DNA of 64,000 nt from Escherichia coli (GCF_003018115.1 NZ_CP027457.1), one strand, 5' to 3'. Shown: positions 42,918 through 54,136, counted from the first letter of the stretch. Numbers and translations: made by a program. Notes: a model not told the origin generated them from the sequence alone.

Positions 42918-44205
42918 AGGGAAAGATCATCAGAAGTTCACTCTTTGTACTAAATAATTCGCATTTTATGTTTAAAAATTGAGATATTCCTCATTACCTG
43001 AAGCTGTTTTTATTGCTTATACATGATCAAATACTCCTTACATAATTAAGGAGAACAAAATGGAACTTAAAAAACTGATGGAACATATTTCTATTATCCC
43101 CGATTACAGACAAGCCTGGAAAGTAGAACATAAATTGTCAGATATTCTACTGTTGACTATTTGTGCCGTCATTTCTGGTGCAGAGGGTTGGGAAGATATA
43201 GAGGATTTTGGTGAAACACATCTCGATTTTTTGAAGCAATATGGTGATTTTGAAAATGGTATTCCTGTTCACGATACCATTGCCAGAGTTGTATCCTGTA
43301 TCAGTCCTGCAAAATTTCACGAGTGCTTTATTAACTGGATGCGTGACTGCCATTCTTCAGATGATAAAGACGTCATTGCAATTGATGGAAAAACGCTCCG
43401 GCACTCTTATGACAAGAGTCGCCGCAGGGGAGCGATTCATGTCATTAGTGCGTTCTCAACAATGCACAGTCTGGTCATCGGACAGATCAAGACGGATGAG
43501 AAATCTAATGAGATTACAGCTATCCCAGAACTTCTTAACATGCTGGATATTAAAGGAAAAATCATCACAACTGATGCGATGGGTTGCCAGAAAGATATTG
43601 CAGAGAAGATACAAAAACAGGGAGGTGATTATTTATTCGCGGTAAAAGGAAACCAGGGGCGGCTAAATAAAGCCTTTGAGGAAAAATTTCCGCTGAAAGA
43701 ATTAAATAATCCAGAGCATGACAGTTACGCAATCAGTGAAAAGAGTCACAGCAGAGAAGAAATCCGTCTTCATATTGTTTGCGATGTCCCTGATGAACTT
43801 ATTGATTTCACGTTTGAATGGAAAGGGCTGAAGAAATTATGCGTGGCAGTCTCCTTTCGGTCCATAATAGCAGAACAAAAGAAAGAGCCAAAAATGACGG
43901 TCAGATATTATATCAGTTCTGCTGATTTAACCGCAGAGAAGTTCGCCACAGCAATCCGAAACCACTGGCACGTGGAGAATAAGCTGCACTGGCGTCTGGA
44001 CGTGGTAGTGAATGAAGACGACTGCAAAATAAGAAGAGGAAATGCAGCAGAATTATTTTCAGGGATACGGCACATTGCTATTAATATTTTGACGAATGAT
44101 AAGGTATTCAAGGCAGGGTTAAGACGTAAGATGCGAAAAGCAGCCATGGACAGAAACTATCTGGCGTCAGTCCTTGCGGGGAGCGGGCTTTCGTAATCTT
44201 GCCCT
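42918..44205 (+). mobile_element. H-repeat (ISAs1-family) element, copy 3
   Basis: Same terminal sequences; right flank is the native pptA upstream region. Confidence 0.8.
43060..44196 (+). CDS. ydcC: ISAs1-family transposase (H repeat-associated protein), copy 3
   Basis: 378-aa ORF; symbol by position next to pptA as in K-12. Confidence 0.8.
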   Translation: MELKKLMEHISIIPDYRQAWKVEHKLSDILLLTICAVISGAEGWEDIEDFGETHLDFLKQYGDFENGIPVHDTIARVVSCISPAKFHECFINWMRDCHSSDDKDVIAIDGKTLRHSYDKSRRRGAIHVISAFSTMHSLVIGQIKTDEKSNEITAIPELLNMLDIKGKIITTDAMGCQKDIAEKIQKQGGDYLFAVKGNQGRLNKAFEEKFPLKELNNPEHDSYAISEKSHSREEIRLHIVCDVPDELIDFTFEWKGLKKLCVAVSFRSIIAEQKKEPKMTVRYYISSADLTAEKFATAIRNHWHVENKLHWRLDVVVNEDDCKIRRGNAAELFSGIRHIAINILTNDKVFKAGLRRKMRKAAMDRNYLASVLAGSGLS

Positions 44206-44506
44206 GGTTCGTTAAGTTTTTCTGCATTGCCGGTAATTTTGGCATCTTCTTTGTCCGTGGCTTGTTTCAGCGTCTATAATGGGCATTAATAAATTGGCAA
44301 GCCGGGAACTTGATGTTTTCTTAATGGCATGTTGGCGAAGAATATATTCTGCAAGTTAACGTTTTTGTTGGCGCTTTATTTAAAACGGGGTAGTACAAAT
44401 ATGTACAAATTCAAGTAGGCATTATTGTCGTAAAAAAGCATCACCGGACACATGACATTCACAACGTGTGTTAATTTTACTGACATCTTTCCAAAGGAGC
44501 ACAATC

Positions 44507-44734
44507 ATGCCGCACATAGACATTAAATGTTTTCCACGTGAACTGGACGAACAACAAAAAGCAGCACTTGCTGCAGATATTACCGACGTTATTATTCGCC
44601 ATCTGAACAGTAAAGACAGTTCGATAAGCATTGCTCTACAACAGATTCAACCAGAATCATGGCAAGCTATCTGGGACGCCGAAATCGCGCCCCAAATGGA
44701 GGCTTTGATAAAGAAACCTGGTTACAGCATGTAA
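44507..44734 (+). CDS. pptA: Tautomerase PptA (4-oxalocrotonate tautomerase family)
   Basis: 75-aa [16 protein letters not shown]... with catalytic Pro2; AAGGAG Shine-Dalgarno. Confidence 0.8.
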
Positions 44735-44737
44735 TGC

Positions 44738-45307
44738 TTAACCTGCCGTAACTCGCTTGCCGCTGGTAACGAAGGTGCCAGCGCCTAAATGATGTAGTGT
44801 ATTGAGTTTATCATCATCAAACTGCCAGCGGCCTTCGACAAATACTCGTGCGTCTGCCGCTGCCGATACCACTTCGCCAAATAGCGTATCGTATTTTTCT
44901 TGCGCGGAGGTCGCAGGTAGCAATCGGCACTCCATCCACGCCAGACATTTTTCCTCGACCAGCGGCAAACCAAGCACCGGGCCTTTCACCACCGGAATGC
45001 CGTAGCAATTAAATTTATCTTCTTCACGACCCGACACACTTCCCACCGCCCACGTCCAGTTAGTTGCTGCAACGCCCGGGATAACGATGCCAAACTTACC
45101 GTTACGTTCAATCAACTCCCTGGTCCATGTCGATTTATCTACCACAATCGCCACGCGTGGAGGTTCAAACTCCACCGGCATTGACCAGGCTGCAGCCATA
45201 ATGTTACGCCGCTGGGATTGCTCATCGAAACTGGTGATCATGACAGTTGGGCCATGATTTAACAGACGGCTGGCATGGTGTAATTCGACGGGGATAAATC
45301 GGCTCAT
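44738..45307 (-). CDS. yddH: Flavin reductase-like protein YddH
   Basis: Start at ATG 45307 (MSRFIPVELHH..., 189 aa). Confidence 0.75.
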   Translation of the reverse strand: MSRFIPVELHHASRLLNHGPTVMITSFDEQSQRRNIMAAAWSMPVEFEPPRVAIVVDKSTWTRELIERNGKFGIVIPGVAATNWTWAVGSVSGREEDKFNCYGIPVVKGPVLGLPLVEEKCLAWMECRLLPATSAQEKYDTLFGEVVSAAADARVFVEGRWQFDDDKLNTLHHLGAGTFVTSGKRVTAG

Positions 45308-45479
45308 GGTATCGCCTCGCGAAGAAGGTTTTTTTAAGCGTAGCCCGTAACGCAATAAGTAACGAAATTAACGGGATTGGCGATTTGCGAACGTGATGCA
45401 TGTCCGCGATCGCACAAAATAGCCGGTGCGGCGTCTATTCCAGGTTATAAGTTGAGAAAACCACTAAGGGAAACGCCTG

Positions 45480-46325
45480 ATGACGCCCATTCTGAATCAC
45501 TATTTTGCCCGTATTAACTGGTCGGGAGCTGCTGCGGTCAATATTGATACGCTTCGTGCATTGCACCTGAAACACAATTGCACCATTCCGTTTGAAAACC
45601 TCGACGTTTTGCTGCCGAGGGAAATGCAGCTTGATGATCAATCGCTGGAAGAGAAACTGGTGATAGCCCGTCGTGGCGGTTACTGTTTTGAGCAGAATGG
45701 CGTGTTTGAGCGGGTGTTACGCGAGCTGGGGTTTAACGTTCGCAGCTTGTTAGGGCGTGTAGTGTTATCAAATCCGCCAGCATTACCGCCGCGCACCCAT
45801 CGTTTGCTGTTGGTGGAACTGGAAGAGGAAAAATGGATTTCTGATGTCGGTTTCGGTGGGCAGACGCTAACCGCGCCGATTCGTTTAGTTCCCGATCTCG
45901 TGCAGACCACGCCACACGGAGAGTATCGGTTGTTGCAGGAGGGTGATGATTGGGTGTTGCAGTTTAATCATCATCAGCACTGGCAGTCGATGTACCGTTT
46001 TGATCTCTGCGAGCAGCAACAAAGCGATTATGTGATGGGCAATTTCTGGTCGGCGCACTGGCCACAGTCGCATTTTCGCCATCATTTGCTGATGTGCCGC
46101 CATTTGCCGGACGGCGGCAAGCTGACACTGACCAATTTTCATTTTACCCATTATGAAAATGGGCACGCGGTGGAGCAGCGAAATCTACCGGATGTGGCGT
46201 CGTTATATGCCGTGATGCAGGAACAGTTTGGTCTGGGCGTGGATGATGCGAAACATGGCTTTACCGTGGATGAGTTAGCGCTGGTGATGGCAGCGTTTGA
46301 TACGCACCCGGAGGCGGGAAAATAA
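45480..46325 (+). CDS. nhoA: Arylamine N-acetyltransferase NhoA
   Basis: 281-aa ORF with NAT-family catalytic Cys context (RRGGYCFEQN). Confidence 0.85.
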   Translation: MTPILNHYFARINWSGAAAVNIDTLRALHLKHNCTIPFENLDVLLPREMQLDDQSLEEKLVIARRGGYCFEQNGVFERVLRELGFNVRSLLGRVVLSNPPALPPRTHRLLLVELEEEKWISDVGFGGQTLTAPIRLVPDLVQTTPHGEYRLLQEGDDWVLQFNHHQHWQSMYRFDLCEQQQSDYVMGNFWSAHWPQSHFRHHLLMCRHLPDGGKLTLTNFHFTHYENGHAVEQRNLPDVASLYAVMQEQFGLGVDDAKHGFTVDELALVMAAFDTHPEAGK

Positions 46326-46330
46326 TTTAT

Positions 46331-46412
46331 GTCAGGTTGCCGGATGCGGCGTAAATGCCTTATCCGGCATACATTAGCCCGGTTGTAGACCTGACAGGCG
46401 AAGCGCATCAGA
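46331..46412. repeat. REP element cluster (BIME-like)
   Basis: gccggatgcggcgtaaatgccttatccggc followed by a second palindromic unit (gacctgacaggcgaagcgcatcagac). Confidence 0.6.
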
Positions 46413-46420
46413 CAACGGTT

Positions 46421-47314
46421 TCAGAGTTCAATTGCCCATTCGGCATGAAACAAAATCACCGCTGTGCCTGAAATGGTGACTTTTTCCGGTTGGTTATCAC
46501 GAATTGTCACCGTCACTTCAATCACGCCGTCACGCCCCAATGCGCGCCCCTGATGGCCTTTAACACGCAGCACCTTGCCATCGTGGGGCAATACGTTGTG
46601 ATGTACCAACCATGCACCCATCGGGCCATTGGCATTGCCAGTCACCGGATCTTCCACAATACCAATGGCAGGCGAGAACATACGACCATCGGTTTCGTTT
46701 TTGCCTGGGCGGATCTGGAACGGGAAGAAACCATTGCAGCCAATCTGTTTGCTGATAGCGGTCAGCGCATTAAGGTCAGGCGAAAGGGCGTCGATATCCA
46801 CTTCCGGTTTCAGTGGGATCATCACTTTTGAGTGTCCTGTGGTTGCCACCTGAATTGGCAAGCCTGGCAGAATATCGTCCTCAGTGAGATGAAGCGCGTT
46901 GATAATCGCCGCACGTGTTTCACCTTCCAGCGGTGGCTCAAAGCCCGGCGTACCTTGTTCCAGCGAAATACGATAACCATCGTGGTGCTTTTCGATAGTC
47001 ACGCGATGTTTTCCTGCCAGCGATGTTTGCCAGACCGTGCAATTTCCTAAACCTAACACCTTCGCACGTACATAGTGCGCAGCTACTGTCGCGTGACCAC
47101 AAATCGGAACCTCAACGGTTGGCGTAAAGTAGCGGATGCGCACATCGCTGTCGTCGCTGTGCAGCAGAAAAGCAGTTTCCGAATGACCTAATTCGCGGGC
47201 GATAAGCTGCATTTGCACTTCGCTAAGATTATCGGCGGGGAAAACAACACCGGCAGAATTGCCGCGAAATGGTTGAGAGGTAAAAGCATCGACGTGGTAA
47301 ACCTGCGGTTTCAT
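46421..47314 (-). CDS. yddE: PhzF-family isomerase YddE
   Basis: 297-aa ORF; PhzF/DapF-like fold. Confidence 0.85.
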   Translation of the reverse strand: MKPQVYHVDAFTSQPFRGNSAGVVFPADNLSEVQMQLIARELGHSETAFLLHSDDSDVRIRYFTPTVEVPICGHATVAAHYVRAKVLGLGNCTVWQTSLAGKHRVTIEKHHDGYRISLEQGTPGFEPPLEGETRAAIINALHLTEDDILPGLPIQVATTGHSKVMIPLKPEVDIDALSPDLNALTAISKQIGCNGFFPFQIRPGKNETDGRMFSPAIGIVEDPVTGNANGPMGAWLVHHNVLPHDGKVLRVKGHQGRALGRDGVIEVTVTIRDNQPEKVTISGTAVILFHAEWAIEL

Positions 47315-47392
47315 TAACGTTCTCCTGTGACTGGAGAACTATCATAGCCTGCAAGTGGCCGGAGAGCGAAGGGCTATCCGGCCAGGGTGAAA

Positions 47393-48073
47393 TTATCGCC
47401 GCGAACGCACAATTTGATATCGACGAGTAAAGTACTCAAACGGCGCGCTCCACACATGCACCAGTCGGGTGAACGGGAATAGCAGGAAGATGGTCATTCC
47501 CAACACCAGATGTAGGCGGAAGACGAACGCTACGCCGTTGAGCATCTCTGACGATCCACCACGGAAAGTGACAATGCTTTGCGCCCAACCCACCAGCTTC
47601 ATCATTTCGCTACCATCAGGATACTGTGCTGAAAACGGTATGGTGCTTAGCCCCAACAGACACTGGACCAGCAAAATGCTCATGATGATGATATCCGGCG
47701 TAGTGGAAGTGGCACGCACACGCTGATTTGTCAGCCTGCGCCACAGCAGTCCTGCGCCGCCAATCAACGTCAACACACCGCAAATACCGCCGAGCACCAT
47801 CGCCATTAGTTGTTTCGCTGCCACTGGCAAAAACCACGCGTACATCCAGTGCGGCGTTAACATGCCGAACAGGTGCCCGAAGAAAATCCCCAAAATGCCA
47901 ATATGGAACAGATTCGACCATATCACCATCCCGCGTTTATCGAGCATCTGACTTGAGGAGGCGCGCCAGGTGTACTGCCCGTAGTCGTAGCGCAGCCAGC
48001 TGCCGAGGAAAAATACCGTCGCACAAATGTACGGGTAGATATCGTAAAAAAAGACGTTCAGATACTGAATCAT
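47393..48073 (-). CDS. narV: Respiratory nitrate reductase 2 gamma subunit NarV
   Basis: 226-aa hydrophobic heme b subunit; last gene of narZYWV. Confidence 0.9.
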   Translation of the reverse strand: MIQYLNVFFYDIYPYICATVFFLGSWLRYDYGQYTWRASSSQMLDKRGMVIWSNLFHIGILGIFFGHLFGMLTPHWMYAWFLPVAAKQLMAMVLGGICGVLTLIGGAGLLWRRLTNQRVRATSTTPDIIIMSILLVQCLLGLSTIPFSAQYPDGSEMMKLVGWAQSIVTFRGGSSEMLNGVAFVFRLHLVLGMTIFLLFPFTRLVHVWSAPFEYFTRRYQIVRSRR

Positions 48074-48765
48074 TTCCCACCTCCCGCACTGATGTCGACA
48101 TATTGCGGCGCGACATCCTGGCTAAAGCGTCGCTGATATTGATTAAGCGGCGAGCTGTCACACGCCGTGGCGTTATCTTCAATAAACTTCACCTGTTCCT
48201 CTTCCCACACCGCATCCAGCGCCTGGGGGGTGTCATCACGCTCCTCACTGCGAATTTGTTTTGTGACACTGTCACTTGAAAGGGAGCTTCCTGCCAGTTG
48301 CAGCAGGGCGTCAAACAACGAAGACCAGGGTGCCTCGCGCTGTTTTAAGCGTCCGCCAAGCAGGGCGAGGATCGGCGCAACATTGAGTAATCCTTCTTTC
48401 GCCTGATCGTCAGGCAGTACGCTTAAGTACTCCAGATACAGCGGTAGATAATCGGGCAGTTCCCGACAATCCAGCTGCAGGCCGACCTTTTCATACTCCG
48501 CCAGCAGGTCCACCATTGCCTGGCCGCGATCGCGGGACTCGGCATGAACATGTTCGAACAGCAGCAGCGACGTGGTGCGCCCGCGGTCAAACACTTCGCA
48601 CCATTCGGCCTGTTTATCCAGCAGCGGCGCGTTAAGCAGGTTGCGGGTGAAATCCGTAAGCATCGGCGCGTCGCGGCGGATCAACGCCAGCGCGTCCTCC
48701 TTACATTCCCACAACAGCTCATCCGGATACTCCATCAACAGACCGATCACTTTGAGGATCTGCAT
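48070..48765 (-). CDS. narW: Nitrate reductase 2 assembly chaperone NarW
   Basis: 231-aa ORF; 4-nt overlap with narV. Confidence 0.9.
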   Translation of the reverse strand: MQILKVIGLLMEYPDELLWECKEDALALIRRDAPMLTDFTRNLLNAPLLDKQAEWCEVFDRGRTTSLLLFEHVHAESRDRGQAMVDLLAEYEKVGLQLDCRELPDYLPLYLEYLSVLPDDQAKEGLLNVAPILALLGGRLKQREAPWSSLFDALLQLAGSSLSSDSVTKQIRSEERDDTPQALDAVWEEEQVKFIEDNATACDSSPLNQYQRRFSQDVAPQYVDISAGGGK

Positions 48766-50309
48766 TATTCGCCCTCCGCTTTGTCGCGCACTTCGGTGAT
48801 GTTGATGGCATCGATACGGCTACTGTTGAACAGGTTGAATTTGCTGTCCGAGCCGTGACAACCGTCGCCAAAGGTAAAACCGCAGCCGTTGCGTTCAGCG
48901 AAGGCATCGCCCGCCATTTCCCGATGACTGGTTGGAATGACAAAACGGTCTTCATAGTTGGCAATGGCGAGATAGCGATACATCTCTTCGACCTGGAGGA
49001 CGCTCAGGCCTACTTCGTCGATGGCACGAGTATCAGTAACGCCTTCCACGGTTTGTGAACGCATATAGTGGCGCATAGCCATCATCCGTTTCAGCGCCCG
49101 CAGTACCGGACCGGTATCACCGGCACTCAACATATTGGCAAGATATTGCACCGGAATACGCAGGCTTTCGATGGCGGGTAGCACGCCTTCGCTTTTCGGC
49201 AAACCGCCCGCATCAGCGTAAGACTGAATCGGTGACAGCGGAGGAACGTACCAGACCATCGGCAGGGTGCGGTATTCAGGGTGCAACGGTAGCGCCAGTT
49301 TCCAGTCCATCGCCATTTTGTAGACTGGCGAACGCTGGGCCGCTTCAATCACGTTTTGTGGAATACCTTGTTTCAGGGCTTCCTCGATCACTGAGGGATC
49401 GTGTGGATCGAGGAACACTTCGCACTGGCGCTCATAGAGGTCAACTTCGCGCTCGGTGCTTGCCGCTTCCTCAATGCGGTCGGCGTCGTAAAGCAGCACG
49501 CCCAGATACCGGATGCGACCCACGCAGGTTTCTGAGCATACGGTTGGTTGGCCTGACTCAATTCGCGGATAACAGAAGATACATTTTTCTGACTTGCCGC
49601 TTTTCCAGTTGAAGTAGATTTTTTTGTACGGACAACCGCTAATGCACAAACGCCAGCCACGGCATTTATCCTGATCAATCAGCACAATGCCGTCTTCTTC
49701 GCGTTTGTAGATAGCGCCGCTTGGGCAGGTCGCCACGCAACTGGGATTGAGGCAGTGTTCGCACAGGCGCGGCAGGTACATCATGAAGGTGTTTTCAAAC
49801 TGCCCGTACATCTCCTTTTGCATGGCCTCGAAGTTGCGGTCGCGGGCACGTTTTTCAAACTCGCCGCCCAGCAGTTCTTCCCAGTTTGGCCCCCAGATCA
49901 CTTTGTCCATCCGCTTACCGTCAATCAGCGAACGCGGGCGAGCAGTAGGGATATGTTTGCCTTTCGGTGCGCTATGCAAATGTTCGTAGTCGAAGGTGAA
50001 AGGTTCGTAGTAATCATCAATCTGCGGCACCACCGGGTTGGCGAAGATTTTGGTTATTACACCCATCTTGCTGCCCAGACGCGGGCGTATCTTGCCATTC
50101 ACATCACGCACCCAGCCGCCTTGCCACTCTTCCTGATCTTCCCAGTTTTTCGGATAACCAATGCCCGGTTTGGTTTCGACGTTGTTAAACCATGCGTACT
50201 CCATACCTTCGCGTCCGGTCCAGACGTTTTTACAGGTCACCGAACAGGTATGGCAGCCGATACATTTATCGAGATTAAGCACCATGCCGACTTGCGAACG
50301 TATTTTCAT
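48765..50309 (-). CDS. narY: Respiratory nitrate reductase 2 beta (Fe-S) subunit NarY
   Basis: 514-aa ORF with multiple ferredoxin-type Cys clusters. Confidence 0.9.
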   Translation of the reverse strand: MKIRSQVGMVLNLDKCIGCHTCSVTCKNVWTGREGMEYAWFNNVETKPGIGYPKNWEDQEEWQGGWVRDVNGKIRPRLGSKMGVITKIFANPVVPQIDDYYEPFTFDYEHLHSAPKGKHIPTARPRSLIDGKRMDKVIWGPNWEELLGGEFEKRARDRNFEAMQKEMYGQFENTFMMYLPRLCEHCLNPSCVATCPSGAIYKREEDGIVLIDQDKCRGWRLCISGCPYKKIYFNWKSGKSEKCIFCYPRIESGQPTVCSETCVGRIRYLGVLLYDADRIEEAASTEREVDLYERQCEVFLDPHDPSVIEEALKQGIPQNVIEAAQRSPVYKMAMDWKLALPLHPEYRTLPMVWYVPPLSPIQSYADAGGLPKSEGVLPAIESLRIPVQYLANMLSAGDTGPVLRALKRMMAMRHYMRSQTVEGVTDTRAIDEVGLSVLQVEEMYRYLAIANYEDRFVIPTSHREMAGDAFAERNGCGFTFGDGCHGSDSKFNLFNSSRIDAINITEVRDKAEGE

Positions 50310-53300
50310 TTTTTCGCCTCCTGTACCTGATCGCGACCTTCATCATCCAGCCAGTTAACGTTTTTCATCTTGCGGATCATGATGAATTCGTCGCGGTTCG
50401 AACCGACGGTGCCGTAGTAGTTAAAGCCCCAGGCCAGCTGTGCGTAACCGCCAATCATATGCGTTGGTTTCGGACAAACGCGGGTGACCGAGTTATGAAT
50501 ACCGCCGCGCATGCCAGTTACTTCCGAACCAGGAATATTCATAATGCGTTCCTGAGCGTGATACATCATGGTCATACCCGGCGGTACACGTTGGCTGACC
50601 ACCGCGCGGGCCGTCAGCGCGCCATTGGCGTTAAACACTTCCACCCAGTCGTTATCGACAATGGTTAGTTCACGGGCATCGGTTTCGCTGATCCAGACAA
50701 TCGGTCCACCGCGAGAGAGCGTCAGCATTAGCAGGTTTTCACTGTAGGTTGAGTGAATGCCCCATTTCTGGTGCGGCGTCAGGAAGTTAAGTGCTTTTTC
50801 CGGGAAGCCGTTTGGCGGGATCTGGCGCATCTCTCTGACGCTACGGGTGTCGATAGGCGGGCGATAAGCCACCAGGCTTTCACCAAAAGCACGCATCCAC
50901 GGATGATCCTGATAGAGCTGCTGGCGTCCCGACAGCGTGCGCCACGGAATTAACTCATGAACGTTGGTGTATCCCGCATTATAGGAGACGTGATCGCTTT
51001 CCAGACCAGACCATGTGGGGCTGGAGATAATTTTACGCGGCTGCGCCTGAATATCGCGAAAGCGAATCTTCTCGTCCTCTTTGTGCAGCGCCAGATGGGT
51101 ATGTTCGCGTCCGGTGATCTCGCCCAGCGCCTGCCACGCTTTAACTGCAACATGACCGTTTGTTTCTGGTGCCAGTGCCAGAATCACTTCTGAAGCGTCA
51201 ATGGCGGTGTCAATCAGCGGACGCCCCTGCGCTGGGCCATCACGCTTGGTGTAATTGAGTTTACCGAGGAAATCGATTTCATCCTGCGTATTCCACGAAA
51301 TCCCTTTACCGCCGTTGCCAAGTTTGTCCATCAATGGCCCGAGCGAGGTAAAGCGTTCATAGGTAGCAGGGTAGTCGCGCTCCACCGCCACAATATTGGG
51401 TGCGGTTTTACCTGGAATCAGATCGCATTCGCCTTTGCGCCAGTCGAGGACTTCACACGGCTGTGAGAGCTCTGCCGGAGAGTCGTGCAGCAGTGGTTGT
51501 AATACCACGTCGGTTTCTTTGCCAAGATGACCCACGCACACTTGCGAAAATGCTTTGGCAATACCTTTGTAGATTTCCCAGTCGCTGCGTGACTCCCAGG
51601 CCGGATCGACTGCCGCAGAAAGTGGATGAATAAACGGATGCATATCCGAGGTATTCATATCGTCTTTTTCGTACCAGGTGGCGGTAGGCAGAACAATATC
51701 GGAGAACAGGCAGGTGCTGGACATGCGGAAGTCGAGCGTCACCAGCAGGTCGAGCTTGCCTTCAATCGCCGCAGTTTGCCACTCGACTTCTTCCGGTTTG
51801 ATCCCGTCGCTGGCACCGAGTTCCTCGCCCTGAATCCCGCTTTCGGTCCCCAGCAGATACTTCTGCATATACTCGTGGCCTTTGCCGGAGGAGCCAAGCA
51901 GGTTAGAACGCCAGACAAACAAATTACGCGGATGATTGCTGCCGCTATCTGGTTGTTCGCAGGCCATACGTAAATCGCCCGATTTCAGCGCCTGGGCGGT
52001 AAATTCTGTGGGGGATAATCCTGCTTTGTCGGCTTCAGCTTTAATCCCGAGCGGGTTACGCCCCAGCTGCGGCGCAGAGGGCAGCCAGCCCATACGTTCG
52101 GCGCGAACGTTGAAATCAATCAGATGACCGCTGTACTTACTGGCATCGGCGAGCGGTGAAAGTAACTCCTGCGCAGAGACTTTTTCATAGCGCCATTGGC
52201 TGGAATGATTGTAGAAAAACGAGGTACTGTTCATCTGGCGCGGTGGGCGGTTCCAGTCGAGCGCAAAGGCCAGCGGCAACCAGCCGGTTTGTGGGCGCAG
52301 TTTTTCCTGACCGACATAGTGCGCCCAGCCGCCGCCGCTTTGCCCGACACAACCGCAGAAGATCAGCATATTGATCATCCCACGGTAGTTCATATCCATG
52401 TGATACCAGTGGTTGACGCCAGCACCGAGGATAATCATTGAGCGCCCATGCGTTTTATGGGCGGTATCGGCAAATTCGCGGGCGATGGTTTCAATATACT
52501 GGCGCGGTACGCCGGTAATTTGCTCACCCCAGGCTGGGGTGTACGGTTTGATTTCAGCGTAATCTTTCGCGCTGTTTTCATCTTCCAGCCCGCGATCGAG
52601 GCCGTAATTCGCCAGTACCAAATCATAAACGCTGACCACCGGACAGGTGTTGCCATCGACTAACGTCAGGTTTTTAACGGGCAATTGGCGCACCAGCACC
52701 GGATTGTGTTTTACGCTGCGAAAATGCGGATTTTCAATGCCGCCAAAGTAGGGGAAGGCCACGCCTGCAACAGCGTCATGTTGACCGAGCAGGGTTAACG
52801 TCAATTCGGTTTCCGTACCGGCGGCAATGGATTCCAGATTCCATTTGCCTTTTTCTCCCCAGCGGAAACCAATCGAACCGTTCGGCACTACCAATTCACC
52901 TGCGGTATTAACTGCTACGGTTTTCCACTGCGGATTGTTGCTTTCGCCCAGTCCATCCACCAGGTCAGACGCACGGATCATGCGCCCGGGAACGTAGCTA
53001 CCATCGTCGCGAGGCTCCAGCATTACCAGCATCGGCATGTCGCTATAGCGGCGGCAGTAGTTGATAAAGTAGTCGCTGGGATTATCGAGATGAAACTCTT
53101 TTAAAATCACATGGCCCATTGCCATCGCCAGGGCGCTATCAGTGCCTTGTTTTGGTGCCAGCCACTGGTCGCACAATTTGGCCACTTCAGAGTAGTCAGG
53201 GGTAATGGCGATAGTTTTGGTGCCTTTGTAGCGTACTTCGGTAAAGAAGTGGGCGTCCGGCGTACGTGTCTGCGGTACGTTAGACCCCCAGGCGATGATG

Positions 53301-54046
53301 TAACTGGAGTTATACCAGTCGGCAGATTCCGGTACGTCGGTTTGCTCGCCCCAGGTCATCGGCGAGGCGGGCGGCAGGTCGCAATACCAGTCGTAGAAGC
53401 TTAAACAGGTGCCACCTAATAGTGACAGATAACGTGTTCCGGCGGCGTAAGAAACCATCGACATCGCCGGGATCGGCGAGAAACCGGCAACGCGATCCGG
53501 GCCGTAGGTTTTGATGGTCCAGACGTTAGCGGCGGCAATCAGCTGGTTTAGTTCCTGCCAGTTGGAGCGGATAAACCCGCCGCGCCCACGCACTTGTTTG
53601 TAGCTCAGGCACTTTTGCGGATCGTTCATAATCGATGCCCACGCCAGTACCGGATCGCTGTGTTGTTTGAGGGCTTCGCGCCACAGTTCAATCAGTCGTT
53701 TACGAATGAGCGGGTATTTCAGGCGGTTAGCGCTGTAAAGATACCAGGAGTAACTTGCGCCACGCGGGCAGCCGCGAGGTTCATGATTGGGCAGGTCAGG
53801 GCGAGTGCGCGGGTAGTCGGTCTGTTGGATTTCCCAGGTCACCAGACCATTTTTAACGTAGATTTTCCAGCTACAGGAGCCTGTACAGTTAACACCGTGG
53901 GTGGAACGCACGATTTTGTCGAACTGCCAACGCTGGCGATAGCTGTCCTCCCAGTCGCGGTTGCTATGCATCACCTGTCCGTGACCATCGGCAAAGGTTT
54001 CGCCCTTTTGTTTGAAGTAGCGAAAGCGATCCAAAAGTTTACTCAT
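50306..54046 (-). CDS. narZ: Respiratory nitrate reductase 2 alpha (molybdopterin) subunit NarZ
   Basis: Start at ATG 54046 (MSKLLDRFRYFKQKGE..., 1246 aa) with GGAG; track ORF extends to 54169. Confidence 0.9.
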   Translation of the reverse strand: MSKLLDRFRYFKQKGETFADGHGQVMHSNRDWEDSYRQRWQFDKIVRSTHGVNCTGSCSWKIYVKNGLVTWEIQQTDYPRTRPDLPNHEPRGCPRGASYSWYLYSANRLKYPLIRKRLIELWREALKQHSDPVLAWASIMNDPQKCLSYKQVRGRGGFIRSNWQELNQLIAAANVWTIKTYGPDRVAGFSPIPAMSMVSYAAGTRYLSLLGGTCLSFYDWYCDLPPASPMTWGEQTDVPESADWYNSSYIIAWGSNVPQTRTPDAHFFTEVRYKGTKTIAITPDYSEVAKLCDQWLAPKQGTDSALAMAMGHVILKEFHLDNPSDYFINYCRRYSDMPMLVMLEPRDDGSYVPGRMIRASDLVDGLGESNNPQWKTVAVNTAGELVVPNGSIGFRWGEKGKWNLESIAAGTETELTLTLLGQHDAVAGVAFPYFGGIENPHFRSVKHNPVLVRQLPVKNLTLVDGNTCPVVSVYDLVLANYGLDRGLEDENSAKDYAEIKPYTPAWGEQITGVPRQYIETIAREFADTAHKTHGRSMIILGAGVNHWYHMDMNYRGMINMLIFCGCVGQSGGGWAHYVGQEKLRPQTGWLPLAFALDWNRPPRQMNSTSFFYNHSSQWRYEKVSAQELLSPLADASKYSGHLIDFNVRAERMGWLPSAPQLGRNPLGIKAEADKAGLSPTEFTAQALKSGDLRMACEQPDSGSNHPRNLFVWRSNLLGSSGKGHEYMQKYLLGTESGIQGEELGASDGIKPEEVEWQTAAIEGKLDLLVTLDFRMSSTCLFSDIVLPTATWYEKDDMNTSDMHPFIHPLSAAVDPAWESRSDWEIYKGIAKAFSQVCVGHLGKETDVVLQPLLHDSPAELSQPCEVLDWRKGECDLIPGKTAPNIVAVERDYPATYERFTSLGPLMDKLGNGGKGISWNTQDEIDFLGKLNYTKRDGPAQGRPLIDTAIDASEVILALAPETNGHVAVKAWQALGEITGREHTHLALHKEDEKIRFRDIQAQPRKIISSPTWSGLESDHVSYNAGYTNVHELIPWRTLSGRQQLYQDHPWMRAFGESLVAYRPPIDTRSVREMRQIPPNGFPEKALNFLTPHQKWGIHSTYSENLLMLTLSRGGPIVWISETDARELTIVDNDWVEVFNANGALTARAVVSQRVPPGMTMMYHAQERIMNIPGSEVTGMRGGIHNSVTRVCPKPTHMIGGYAQLAWGFNYYGTVGSNRDEFIMIRKMKNVNWLDDEGRDQVQEAKK

Positions 54047-54080
54047 GACATGACTCCTGCTCCAGGAATGAATTGGGATC

Positions 54081-54136
54081 TGATGCCTTGTCGGATGCGA
54101 CACGGTTGTAGCCTGATAAGACGTGTCAGGCATCGA
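54081..54136. repeat. REP-like palindromic element between narU and narZ
   Basis: cggatgcgacacg ... tagcctgataagacgtgtcaggcatc. Confidence 0.45.

Noticed and set aside
47616-50330. ORFs antisense or out of frame within narV/narW/narY (e.g. 47728..48279, 49755..50330)
   Set aside because: They overlap conserved nitrate reductase genes on the opposite strand.
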